From the NCBI GenBank assembly GCA_963845755.1, contig CAWJTV010000011.1, positions 1,024,001 to 1,088,000 on the forward strand: 64,000 bases of DNA. Reading direction: 5' to 3'. The position numbers were made by a program, and so were the translations under genes. Shown piece by piece: positions 1 through 10,350 of the stretch. The notes below the pieces were generated by a model. It was not told the origin of the DNA, searched no databases, and saw only the letters and a list, made by a program, of their open reading frames with translations. Within the stretch, counting starts at the first letter, position 1; the number at the start of each line of letters is the position of its first letter. The DNA is from an uncultured Planctomycetota bacterium. Lineage in GTDB: Bacteria; Planctomycetota; Planctomycetia; Isosphaerales; Isosphaeraceae.

Positions 1-5
1 AGGTC

Positions 6-1013
6 GTGTGTCATAGGTCCTTACAACAGGGTCGCCTATATCATGGAACCATGGGGCTTGGAGTCGTCTTGGGGGCGATCAAAGAGGACGTCAGCGCCGC
101 CCATTATGCATTTGAAATCGCCGTGGATGAATACAGCGGAGTCTCGGTCGAGCGGGAGCAGTGCGTGGTCGAGGCCCGGGACGGTCGTCGCACCTGGTTC
201 GAGCGGATCAAGGACCAACCCTTCCGTTCCAATGTGAGTGGACTCGCCCCCCAACTTGAGGAGGATTTCCTCGCCCTCCCCTTGATCGGCGCTGACGCAA
301 GGTTCGCCCCGGTGTACCAAGTCCTGGGGCGGATGCACTATTACGCGATCGACCCCGACAAGCTGCGATATTGGCAGTACCCGGAATCCGGTAGGCTTCT
401 GCATCCCGATGGCGATAATGCGGCGAGTGTCTTGCGAGAGATTGCCGACCACGATCCAGATGATCTACGACGGATCGAGGAACTCCTGGAGGCTATCGTC
501 CCCACGATCAAGCGCATCAATGTCAAGAGGTCCACGAGTCAACTAACGATCGAGTTCACCCAGCACCTGGACGGTGGACCGAAGTCCTTGACCTTGGAGG
601 CTGCGAGCATGTCCGATGGAACGCTTCGCGCCCTAGGCCTGCTAATCGCAATTTATCAGAGGCCAACCCCATCGCTGATCGCGATCGAGGAGCCCGAGGC
701 GACGATTCACCCCGGTGCGCTCGGGGTCATCCTCGACGTGTTGAGTTTTGCCAGCGAACGGACTCAAGTGATCGTCACGACCCATAGCCCCGAGGTCCTC
801 AACGCGGAATGGTTGGAGGACCGGCATATCCGGATCGTCACCTGGGAGGACGGAGAGACGCGGGTCGCGCCGCTCGCCACCTGGTCCCGCGAAGCGCTGC
901 GCGAACACCTGATGAGCGCGGGCGAACTCTTCCGATCTTACGCTCTGGAAGGCATGCCCCGCGGCCTGGAATCGGCCCAGCCATCGGAGCTCTTCGAGGA
1001 CGTGGCGGTATGA
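6..1013 (+). CDS. ABC-type (AAA_21-like) ATPase, 5' end outside the window
   Basis: Signature MSDGTLRALG, Walker B LIAIEEPEATIHP and H-loop IVTTHS; Walker A lies upstream of the window. Confidence 0.85.
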   Translation: MCHRSLQQGRLYHGTMGLGVVLGAIKEDVSAAHYAFEIAVDEYSGVSVEREQCVVEARDGRRTWFERIKDQPFRSNVSGLAPQLEEDFLALPLIGADARFAPVYQVLGRMHYYAIDPDKLRYWQYPESGRLLHPDGDNAASVLREIADHDPDDLRRIEELLEAIVPTIKRINVKRSTSQLTIEFTQHLDGGPKSLTLEAASMSDGTLRALGLLIAIYQRPTPSLIAIEEPEATIHPGALGVILDVLSFASERTQVIVTTHSPEVLNAEWLEDRHIRIVTWEDGETRVAPLATWSREALREHLMSAGELFRSYALEGMPRGLESAQPSELFEDVAV

Positions 1014-1636
1014 AGATCCAGCCGATCGTCGAGGGAGACGGTGAGGTCGGTGCAGTCCCTATTCTGCTTCGCCGCCTCGTCGCCGCGGCCAAGGCCTATC
1101 CGCTCGATGTCAATCTTCCCATCCGGCGCTCGCGGACGGATCTCGTGCGTGAGGACGGGGTCCGCGACGCCATTCGCCTGGCCCGGAAGAAACCAGATTG
1201 CGCGGCGATCCTCATCATGTTCGATAGTGATGATGACTGCCCCAAAGGCCTCGCCCCCGAGGTGCAGACGTGGGCACAGGCTGCGGCAAGCCCGATCCCA
1301 TGCTACGTCGTCATGGCGACGCGGGAATATGAGGCATGGTTCCTGGCGACGATCGAGTCGCTCCAAGAAGCCCGAGGTATCCGGGCCGATGCGATATCCC
1401 ATCCCGATCCGGAATCTCCCCGGGGTGCCAAAGAGGAGCTTCGGAAGCGGATGACCCCGAATCGGAAATACACCGAGAAAGCCGATCAGCCCGCGCTTAC
1501 AGCTCAGTTCGACATGGCGATGGCCTACCAGCGCTGCCGTTCCTTTCGGCGGATGGTCAAGGCCTTCGGGCTGCTGGCCGAGGGCGTCGGGATTGCCCTC
1601 GAACAATGGCCGCCGTCAGATTGGGTGAGTCCGTAG
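1010..1636 (+). CDS. DUF4276-like (TOPRIM-fold) protein
   Basis: ATGA overlap with the ATPase; motifs IVEGDGE, FDSDDDCP, EYEAWFLA, PESPRGAK, YTEKADQ, CRSF. Confidence 0.75.
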   Translation: MKIQPIVEGDGEVGAVPILLRRLVAAAKAYPLDVNLPIRRSRTDLVREDGVRDAIRLARKKPDCAAILIMFDSDDDCPKGLAPEVQTWAQAAASPIPCYVVMATREYEAWFLATIESLQEARGIRADAISHPDPESPRGAKEELRKRMTPNRKYTEKADQPALTAQFDMAMAYQRCRSFRRMVKAFGLLAEGVGIALEQWPPSDWVSP

Positions 1637-1950
1637 CGAGGTTGACGTTGATCGACATTCCAACTCAACATAAACCCACACGGCGCGGTAGAATACTTGC
1701 TCAGGCCAAGTGCTTGCCGAGGACCGAGGGCTCTGAAATCCTTCCTTGATTCCGGAAGCCGGTCGGACGTGCCGCCGCGCGCTCGCCTGAACGCGTTTGG
1801 CTCGGTCCCGGTCGCCACGTTTCCGATCATGACCGCGTTTGTGGCGAGGGCGACCAGGCGCCGGCTGTCGGGCATAAACATAAAATTATGATAATTCTAT
1901 ATATATTTTAATTGATGTGTGGCGATGACGCGAGGCGCGAGGTCGGATGG

Positions 1951-4310
1951 TCATCCCCGGGTTTTTCTGACCACGAACCACTGCCCCCCGACCACGAGCA
2001 ACACGGCTGAGAGGGCGACCAGCGTGACCGTCGCGGCGCGGGCCAGGCCCGTCGGCCGGTATTGCAGCTCGACGCGTTGGGTGCCGGCGCCGGGGAGCGG
2101 GATCGCCTGGAGGCCGCCGTTGGCGCGGAGGGGCGGCTCGCAGGGCCGCCGTTGACCCGATAGAACCAGCCGGGATAGAAGGTGCGCCGGAGGATCAGGA
2201 TGCAGGAGCCGTCGTGCTCGACGGTCGCCGCGCGGCTGTCCCAGTCCAGGACACGGGTGGCTCGAGCGATCGGCTCCGGCAGTGCCGGCCGAGGATCCTC
2301 GGGGAGGAACCAGGCTTGCTCGGGGTAGTCGTGCATTTCCAGGGAGGTGTAGAGTTCGCCCCAGCTCCGCGCCTCGACGACCCGGTTGGCTACCCAGGCT
2401 GGTGGGAACGCAAAGGGGTCCTGCACCAACTTCCACGGCCCGTGGCCGTGCTGGCGCGGGACGCTTGCCAACACCCGATCGAGGGCCGGGTCGGCGATCA
2501 CGTCCACGAGTCGGAACCCGCGCACATCGTCGTCGGCCCCCCACACGCCATGGGTGACGCCAAAGCGGAGTTGCCAGCGGTGCTCACCCACGAGGACCCC
2601 GGGGAGCGGCCGCGTCGCCGTCGCGAGCAGGTAGTTCGGCGGGGGCGGCGTGATCCCCAGGTAGGGGTAAGCCGTGGTCAATCCGGCGTCCACCGGCACG
2701 TTGAGGAGCCGGCCGCCGACCAGGCCCACATCCGGCAGCGCGGCCAGTCGTCGCAGGACCGGGCTGGATTCGGGCAGGCGGACCTTCCACGCCCACCAGG
2801 ACGGCCCGGCAAACAGGAGAGTGCCCAGCTCCAGCACCGCGACAGAGACCGGCGCCCGAGCGCCCAGCCGGCCCAGCCGCCAGCCCACGATCGCCAGCAA
2901 GCCCAGCGTCCAGGCGATCCCCGCCGCCGCGAAGCGCGTGTCCATCGTTCCGGCGCCCAGGCCCTGCCGGAACTCCGTTCGCTGCGCCCAGGAGATCGAC
3001 CAGATCCAGGCCGCGGCGCCGAACGCGATGGCCAGGGCCAGGCCACGCCAGAACCGCCGCGGCGCGATCGTGCGGTCCAGGCCCCGGCCGGCCAGCAGGG
3101 CCAGGCCCAGACTGGTCAGGAGCGTGTACCGCGCCGGGCGCGGAACCAGCCCAGGCCGGGAAGGTGCAAGAGCATGTCGAAGCCGGCCGGCCACCAGCCC
3201 GGCATCGTCGCCAGGACCATCGACAGCGGTGCGACCAGCCGCCAGGCGGTCAAGGTCCGATCCCGACGCGTGGAAACCCACCCCACAAACGCCAGGATCA
3301 GCGGGACGACTCCCACGTAGGCGCATGCCTCGCCGGCGAATGTCTTGAGACGGAACCAGTAGTCATCCCCCGCCCCCATCGGCCGGCCCAGGAAGACTTC
3401 CGGCAACGCGAGCTGGGCCCAGTGCTCCGGCGGGAACAGGTGATTGGAAAGGAACTCCGCGGGACGGTTGAACCCGGCGACACCCGTCAGCTCCCAGGTC
3501 AGCCGGAGCTGCACGCCGGCGATCGCGGCACCCCAGGCCAGGCCCAGGATCAGGCCGAGGATCCGCCAGGGATGGCGGCGATCGCTTCCCGTTGCCGCGG
3601 AAGGGGATCGCCCCAGCGCCCGCCAGGCGCCGGACAGCAGCGCCAGCCCGCCGGTCCACATCTGGATCTGGAAATGCCCGAGCGCGATCTGGACGCCCCA
3701 GGCCAGCGCCAGCCCGGCCAGCCACGCCGGCCGGCCGGTCGCCGCGTAGCGGTCGGCCAGGAGCAGGCAGAGCGGCAAATAGGGCATCACATGATAGAAC
3801 GGCTCATGGACGGCATGCACCGACTGGAACCCGCACAGGGTGAAGCTCAGCGCCGCCATCGCCGCGCCCGCGGGGGTGATCCCCAGGGTGTGCGCATAGG
3901 CGAAGGTCGCCGCCACCAGCGCGACCCAGTGCGCCCACATCGACAGGCCGTACGCCGTCTCGACATGCCAGAACCGGTAGAGGAACCAGTTGGGCGGATA
4001 GAACACCGCGACGTGACTCTCGGCCACCAGGGGGACCCCCAGCCCGAACCGATCGCTCCAGAACGGCAGCCGGCCCGCGGCAAGCGCCCGAGCGAGCTCC
4101 GCCTTGATCGGCTGGTACATCAGCTCCGGGTCGCCGCCCAGCGGCGCGAAGCCGACCAGCACCGGCGCCATGATGCCCCCCACCACGCAAACCGACGCGA
4201 GCAGCCAGGGATTGGCGATCGTCCGGAACACGGCAAAGTCCCGAGTTAACGAGGGCGCGCCGGGCGGCTTGCCAGTTCACCAGGGGCGCGATGTACGACG
4301 GTCTCGTCAT
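1951..4310 (-). CDS. YfhO-like multi-pass membrane protein (GT-C-like), frameshifted
   Basis: Joined ORFs 3116..4231, 1908..3326 and 1951..2544; LPFWSDRFGLGVPLVAE, many TM segments, C-terminal RRTFYPGW...ANGGLQAI; start uncertain (4231 or 4310). Confidence 0.65.
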
Positions 4311-4345
4311 ACCCGAACGCGGCCGTCGGCCGCAACCGAAAAGGA

Positions 4346-4368
4346 ATTCAAGATTCCCGATTCGAAAT
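4346..4368. repeat. Short degenerate GATTCNN heptamer repeat
   Basis: aattcaagattcccgattcgaaa resembles the arrays at 52987 and 56098. Confidence 0.4.
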
Positions 4369-4409
4369 GTAAGTGACCCACGGAGACCCGCGCCGAACGT
4401 CACGACCGA

Positions 4410-5939
4410 TCATGCCGGCACCAACGGAGCGAACCGGCCGGCGGCGTCGGTCCAGGCGTCGGTGTCTCTGGGCTCGTAGATCGTCACGGGGAACGAGCGG
4501 GCGACGACGGCGCGGAGCTCGGCGATCGAGCCGAGCCGGCCGCGGCCGATGGCCTGCATCAGGATATTGCCGATCGCCGTGGCCTCGACCGGCCCGGCAT
4601 GCACCGGCCGGCCGCAGGCATCGGCGGCAAACTGGCAGAGCAACGCGTTCTTGCTCCCGCCGCCGACCACGTAGATTGTGCGGATTGTCGTGCCCAGGAT
4701 GCCCTCGAGCCGGTCGATCGCCCAGCGATATTTCAGGGCCAGGCTCTCGAGGCAGCAGCGGACCAGGGCCCCCTCGTCGGCGGGAGGGGCCTGGCCGGTC
4801 CGCTTGCAGTACGCGGCCAACCGCGCGGGCATGTCGCCGGTGGCCAGGAAGGTCGTGTCGTCGGGATCGACCAGAGTGGTGAAAGGGGGGGCAACCTGGG
4901 CCCGGGCAGTGAGCTCCTCGTACGACAAATCCCGCCCGGTGCGGGCCCAGGTCCGGCGGCTTTCCTGAACGAGCCAGAGCCCCATGATGTTCTTCAGCAG
5001 CCGAGTCGTTCCCGCCACGCCCCCCTCGTTGGTGAAATTATACCTCATTGTTTCGGCGTTGATGACCGGATGTGGAACTTCGACCCCCAGCAACGACCAA
5101 GTCCCCGAGCTGAGGTAGCACCAGTCGGGTGGCGCCGATCGCGATGCAGATGCCGAAGACGACGGTGATGCGGATGTCGCGCGTGCCGGCACGGCGGCCA
5201 CGGCGCTGGCCGTGTCGTGAGTGGCCGGCGCGATGACCATCACGGGGCGGGTCAAACCGATCTCCTCGGCGACCGACGACCGCAAGGGCCCCAGCGCCGT
5301 GCCGGGCTCGATCAGCTCGGGCAGGATCGTGCGGGGGACCTCCAGGTCGCGGCAGAGCTCTTCGGACCACGTTCCGGTGCGCGGGTCGAGCAACTGCGTC
5401 GTCGAGGCGTCGGTCCGCTCGCCGGCCCTCCGGCCGGTCAACAGCCAGCCGAAGAGGTCCGGCATCATCAGGAGCGTCTCGGCCATCTCGAGGATCGGCG
5501 AGTGCGACCGCACCATCGCCAGGAGCTGATACAGCGTGTTGAACGGCAGGAACTGCAAGCCGGTGATCTCGTAGATCCGCTCGCGCGGGACGCGCTGGAA
5601 CGCCGCCTCGAGCATGCCGTCGGTCCGCGCATCGCGATAATGCACCGGGTTGCCCAGCAGCGTCTCGCCCCGACCGATCAGGCCGAAATCGACCCCCCAG
5701 GTATCCACGCCGGCCCCGTCCAGCTCGCCGGACCCGGCCGCGGCTTTCTTGAGCGCCGTCTTGACCTCTTCGAACAGTCGAGGCAGGTCCCAGTAGAGGG
5801 TATCCCCCATCCGGACCGGTCCGTTGGGGAAGCGATGGACCTCGTCCAACTCCAGGCGCTCACCATCGAATCGCCCCAGGAGCCCCCGGCCGCTCTCGGC
5901 CCCGAGGTCCAGCGCCAGGTAGTTGCTCGTCGTGGCCAT
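4410..5939 (-). CDS. rhaB: Rhamnulokinase (FGGY carbohydrate kinase)
   Basis: YLALDLGAESGR, GVDTWGVDF, HYRDART, ATHDTASAV, YLSSGTWSLLG, TNEGG, LKNIMGLW, GPVEATAIGN. Confidence 0.9.
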   Translation of the reverse strand: MATTSNYLALDLGAESGRGLLGRFDGERLELDEVHRFPNGPVRMGDTLYWDLPRLFEEVKTALKKAAAGSGELDGAGVDTWGVDFGLIGRGETLLGNPVHYRDARTDGMLEAAFQRVPRERIYEITGLQFLPFNTLYQLLAMVRSHSPILEMAETLLMMPDLFGWLLTGRRAGERTDASTTQLLDPRTGTWSEELCRDLEVPRTILPELIEPGTALGPLRSSVAEEIGLTRPVMVIAPATHDTASAVAAVPARATSASPSSSASASRSAPPDWCYLSSGTWSLLGVEVPHPVINAETMRYNFTNEGGVAGTTRLLKNIMGLWLVQESRRTWARTGRDLSYEELTARAQVAPPFTTLVDPDDTTFLATGDMPARLAAYCKRTGQAPPADEGALVRCCLESLALKYRWAIDRLEGILGTTIRTIYVVGGGSKNALLCQFAADACGRPVHAGPVEATAIGNILMQAIGRGRLGSIAELRAVVARSFPVTIYEPRDTDAWTDAAGRFAPLVPA

Positions 5940-6082
5940 GTGCGTCGGTTCTCCCGTCGTGCGCGATGATTGCGGTGCGGTGCGATGCGGTCCCTTCTCT
6001 CGGGCGGGATGACCGCCCATCATAAGAACCCTTGAAGGACCGAACAAGCAGACATCCCAATCAGAGCGATCCCCTTTCCGGC

Positions 6083-6628
6083 TTACGTCGCCTCCCGATC
6101 TGAACGCCCCCTCCCGCTTCCCTGAGGTACACCCGGCTGGTTCCAGAGCAGACCGAGAAGCAATCCGGCCACGGCCGCGAGGATCAAGATCAGCGTTCCC
6201 AGAGCCCAGGCGACCCTGGGAAACTCGCCGTGCATCTTGAGCGACCCCGGAGTCACGGGGTTCCGGACATCGAACCACCGGTAGAGTGCGATGATCCAGG
6301 GATCGGGATATGGAAGACCCTTGTCGAACGTGAAGTAGACGAAGAATCGAGCACGGTAATAGGCCCAGGCGACGTAGATCGTCGCGGCGACAACGGCGGC
6401 CAGGATGACCGAAACCGCGGTCCGCGCTCTGCGCCCGCGGATGCTGGGGCCGAACATCCGGCCGACGGCGAACGCGGTGAGGGTGCAAAGGCCCCATGCG
6501 ATGACCGAGTTTGAGGCCACGATCCAGGCGTAGCCCAGCGAACCTTGCGCCCGTACCCAAGCGAACCCGATCGCGCAGGCGATGATGACGACGATCCACG
6601 TTCGCAGGTTCATTCGGCGGTCGCGCAT
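6083..6628 (-). CDS. Hypothetical membrane protein (about 4 TM)
   Basis: Hydrophobic C-terminal part of ORF 6083..7234 starting MRDRRMNLRTWIVV. Confidence 0.6.
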   Translation of the reverse strand: MRDRRMNLRTWIVVIIACAIGFAWVRAQGSLGYAWIVASNSVIAWGLCTLTAFAVGRMFGPSIRGRRARTAVSVILAAVVAATIYVAWAYYRARFFVYFTFDKGLPYPDPWIIALYRWFDVRNPVTPGSLKMHGEFPRVAWALGTLILILAAVAGLLLGLLWNQPGVPQGSGRGRSDREAT

Positions 6629-6654
6629 GGTCGGCTTGCCTCGAATACCGGCTT

Positions 6655-8439
6655 CTATCGCGATCCGGGCCTCCTGGATTCCCAATCGAGCACGATCAGC
6701 GACACCGCCTGTCTGGGCAAGTTCACGCGAAGGGTGAGCTTGCCGCCCTCGGGATGGAGCCACCGGGGTGAACCTATCAATGTAAGGTCCGATGCCCTCT
6801 CCAGCGTGGCGTACTGGTCGGGTGTTGGCTTCGACGGCGAGCCCATCCGCTTCCACGCTTCGAACGCGTTGCTGTGGTCCCCGTCGATGCGGAAATGTTC
6901 CAGCAATACGGGGCCAATCCCGGCGGGCAGTTCCGCCACGGTCAGCTCGATGTCGGCCGCCGGGCCCGGCACGTCGTCGTCGTGATGGTGCCAGGCCAGC
7001 ACCCAGAGCTTGCCGTCCGCGCGGCTGGCCAGGGCCGAGACGTCGGGCTTGCCCCGCACGCCGCCGGTGCGAATCGCCTCCAGCCCGACCGCACCCGTGC
7101 TCTCGACGGCCAGCCGTTGCCCTCTCATCATCCCGAACATGCGGAAGACGTTGAGCACCGGCAGGGCGATGCCGTTGGTCGCCAGCACGCGAAACCCAGC
7201 GAAGTACGGCTGATCCTCGAACTCGAAGGCCCACGTCACGGCCCCTTCGAAGTGGACGCCGTGCTTTGCGGCCAGCTCATACTTGCGGGCGAAAGCGGCG
7301 GCGGTGTAGCTGGCGTAGAGCGTCCCGTTGCGGTAGCCGTTCTGCGGATAGACGCTCGACGGGCACGCGGCGCAGCCGTCCGGGTCCGATTCGCCGATGA
7401 TCACCGGCTTATTCTTCAGCTCGGGATAGCTCGCCACGACCTCGAAGCCCCGGTCGACGTCCTGGAGCTGCGAGGCGATCCCGGTCCGGACGTGCCCCTC
7501 GACGAACCGAGGATCACCCTTGGCGTGGAAGGCGATGAAATCGAGCGGAGAGCCCGTCTTCCCGGTGGCATGATTGGTGCCGCGGAGACAGTGCTCGAGG
7601 AAGTCGCGGAGGAACTTCCGGGTCGACGGGGTCCGAGGCCCGGCGACGTGCGGGCCGCCGACCCGCGCCGTGGGTAAGGCCCGCTTCACGGCGTCGACGG
7701 CGTGATCGTAGAGCCGGTGATATTCCTCGGGCGTGCCCCGCCAGTAGAAGATGTTGGGCTCGTTCCAGACCTCCCAGTACCACGTCTCGACCTCGGCCCG
7801 ACCGTACCGCTCGACGGAGTGTCGCACCCACCGGTGGACCAGCTCGGCCCACTTCGTGTAGTCCTTGGGCGGATAGGCCCAGCCGGTCGCGAGCGGGCTC
7901 CGGCCGCCCGGTGTCCAGGAATGTTGATAGGGCACCGGCTTGGTCGAGAGTGCCTCGGGCATGAAACCGATCTGGACATAAGGCTTCACGCCACGTTCCC
8001 GATAGGTGTCGAAAATACGGTCGAGGATCGTCCAGTCGTACTTCGGGTTGCCGGCGGCGTCTTCGGAGTAGACCCCGGTCGATCCCCACTTCAGCGCGGG
8101 GGTGCCGTCGCCGGAGGTCAACAAGTTGTGAGTGCGGATATAGACCGACTGAGGACTCAGGTCGGCAAGCTGCGAGAGCAGCTTCTGACCGTCTTTCATG
8201 TAAGTATAATTCGGCTCGTCGTGGCCGAAGAACCGCCAGACCGGACGCATCTCTCCGTTCGTGCGAGATGCATCGACGCGAATGGTGACAGGGAACGGCG
8301 GGTCGCCGGATCGCGGCCCCGGGTCGTCCGGGCCACCGGCGTGGCCGGCCATCGGGCCGATCGCGACGACGAGAATCCCCAGAAGACGACAAGCGGCCGA
8401 TCGAGCGGCCTCGCGGAAGGTTTCGGGCTTAATCTTCAT
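6655..8439 (-). CDS. GH39 beta-xylosidase, exported
   Basis: FFGHDEPNYTY, RTHNLL, WEVWNEP (acid/base), FHAKG, IGESDPDGCAAC, TWAFEFE. Confidence 0.88.
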   Translation of the reverse strand: MKIKPETFREAARSAACRLLGILVVAIGPMAGHAGGPDDPGPRSGDPPFPVTIRVDASRTNGEMRPVWRFFGHDEPNYTYMKDGQKLLSQLADLSPQSVYIRTHNLLTSGDGTPALKWGSTGVYSEDAAGNPKYDWTILDRIFDTYRERGVKPYVQIGFMPEALSTKPVPYQHSWTPGGRSPLATGWAYPPKDYTKWAELVHRWVRHSVERYGRAEVETWYWEVWNEPNIFYWRGTPEEYHRLYDHAVDAVKRALPTARVGGPHVAGPRTPSTRKFLRDFLEHCLRGTNHATGKTGSPLDFIAFHAKGDPRFVEGHVRTGIASQLQDVDRGFEVVASYPELKNKPVIIGESDPDGCAACPSSVYPQNGYRNGTLYASYTAAAFARKYELAAKHGVHFEGAVTWAFEFEDQPYFAGFRVLATNGIALPVLNVFRMFGMMRGQRLAVESTGAVGLEAIRTGGVRGKPDVSALASRADGKLWVLAWHHHDDDVPGPAADIELTVAELPAGIGPVLLEHFRIDGDHSNAFEAWKRMGSPSKPTPDQYATLERASDLTLIGSPRWLHPEGGKLTLRVNLPRQAVSLIVLDWESRRPGSR

Positions 8440-8603
8440 TGTACAGACCCTCGCAAACATTCTTGGAGTGATGGGCCGGGCGGATCTCTCGTCGCTACTG
8501 ATTTATAGGGTGTAATCTGGGCCCTCGCAAGGGATCGGGGAACCGTTATCATATCGCATAGCCGAGCGCGTCACCGCTCCCGCCTTTCCGGAGCTACGCC
8601 ACC

Positions 8604-10101
8604 ATGTTGCGAGCGTTGAGATACCTCCTGATCCTGTTCGTGTTCGTCGCCCTCGCCTACCTGGTCTACGTGAAGATCCGAGAGACGGCCTGGCAGGCGG
8701 ACTACGACGCGGGACGGAAGGCGCAGGCCGAGGGCCATCTCTCCGAGGCCCGGGCGCAGCTTCAGGCTGCCGTCGAGACGGCCCGATCCTTCGGCGAGCG
8801 CGACCCGAGACTCGCCCAATCCCTGATCTGGCTGGGTTTCGTCTCCATTGCCGAGGGAAAGGATGACGACGCGAGGCGGCGTTCCAGCAGGCCATGACTC
8901 TGCTCGAGAAGCTCCCGGCCGGGAATACTCTGGACATGGCCGAGTGCTTGAACGGCCTGGCGATCGCCGCGGGACACCAGGCCAAGAACGCCGAGGCCAG
9001 GGCATTCCTCGAGCGGGCTCTGGCTATCCGGCAGAAGACCCTGGGTCCCGATCATCCCATTGTGGCCGAGACCCTCGACCACCTGGCCTGGGTCCAGTGT
9101 AACAGGGGCATTACGCCGAGGCCGAACGGCTCGCCCGCCAGGCCATCGCGATCCAGGAGAAGACGCAGGGAGCCGGAAACCTCGAGCTGGGCCGCAACCT
9201 GAGCCATCTGGCCTGGTTCCTGATCCGGCAGGACAATTATGACGACGCCGAGCCTTTGCTCGAGCGGGCCTCGGCGGTTCTCGAGCAGCAACAGGATCTC
9301 GGGCGCCGCGATCTGGCCGCGTGCCTCAATAGCCTGGCGATCCTCAAGTGCGCCCTCGCCCGGTACGGCGAGGCGGAGACCGTTGTTCCGAAGGGTCCTC
9401 GAGATGCGGGAGCAGGCGCTCGGAGCGGACCATCCCGAGGTGGCGGAAAGCCTGAGCAACCTGGCGAGCGTCCTCCGGGACGAGCATCGATACGCCGAGG
9501 CCCGGCCGCTCTACGAACGGTCGCGGCGCGCGATCGAGAAGGCGATGGGGCCCGGGAGTCCCGCGCTCGCCTGGACCCTGACCAACCTCGCCAAGCTCGA
9601 ATCGAAGGAGAAACACGACGCCGAAGCCGAGGCGCTCGTCCGTCAGGCGCTGGCGATCCGCGAGAAGACTTTTGGTCCGATTCATCCCGAGGTGGCCATG
9701 AGCCTCAACCAGTTGGCCAGACTGGAACTCGAGCACGGCCGCTACGACGAGGCGGAGGCCCTGGTCCGCCGGCGCTGGCGATCGAGGAGAAAACCGGTCC
9801 GCCGATCGCCTCGGCCGGCGGCTTCGACATCCTGGCCCAGATCCTGGCTCACCACGGTCGAGTGGCCGAGGCCGAATCCAGGTTCCGGACCGCTCTGGCG
9901 TTCCGAGCGGAGGTGATTCACGTCGATCACCCCGATACCGCGGAGATCCTGGAGCACCTCGCGGCGCTGCTCCGCAAGACCGGCCGCGGCGGCGAAGCGA
10001 AGACGATCGAAGTCCAGGCCAAGGCGATGCTGGAGCAAGACGGACCCAAAGGTTCCGGCAAAGTGACGACCCGCGTCGAGGAGAATCGGCCGGGAGAATG
10101 A
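8604..10101 (+). CDS. Membrane-anchored TPR protein, frameshifted
   Basis: N-terminal TM followed by repeats such as LGPDHPIVAETLDHLA and LGADHPEVAESLSNLA across several frames. Confidence 0.75.
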
Positions 10102-10154
10102 CCAGCCGAGAGCACCGCGACGCGTAAGGCGAGGCGAAGGGAGGCGGGCACTGG

Positions 10155-10289
10155 ATGGTCTTCAGCCGGATCGCGGACGAGCAACTGCACGCCCGCCTGG
10201 AGGTCGTCGCCGGATTCTTCCTCGTCGCCTGTGCCCTGACCCCGCTGGCCGCCTTCCTCGTTCATCACTATCGACGTCGCTCGAGGTAG
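10155..10289 (+). CDS. Candidate 44-aa single-TM small protein
   Basis: GGGAGG upstream of ATG; MVFSRIADEQLHARLEVVAGFFLVACALTPLAAFLVHHYRRRSR; GC3-rich codons. Confidence 0.4.
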   Translation: MVFSRIADEQLHARLEVVAGFFLVACALTPLAAFLVHHYRRRSR

Positions 10290-10350
10290 GACCCAGACGA
10301 TCCTCTCCGCCTCTGAGGCACGGCGGTCGACCGAGGCCGGGATTCTTCCC

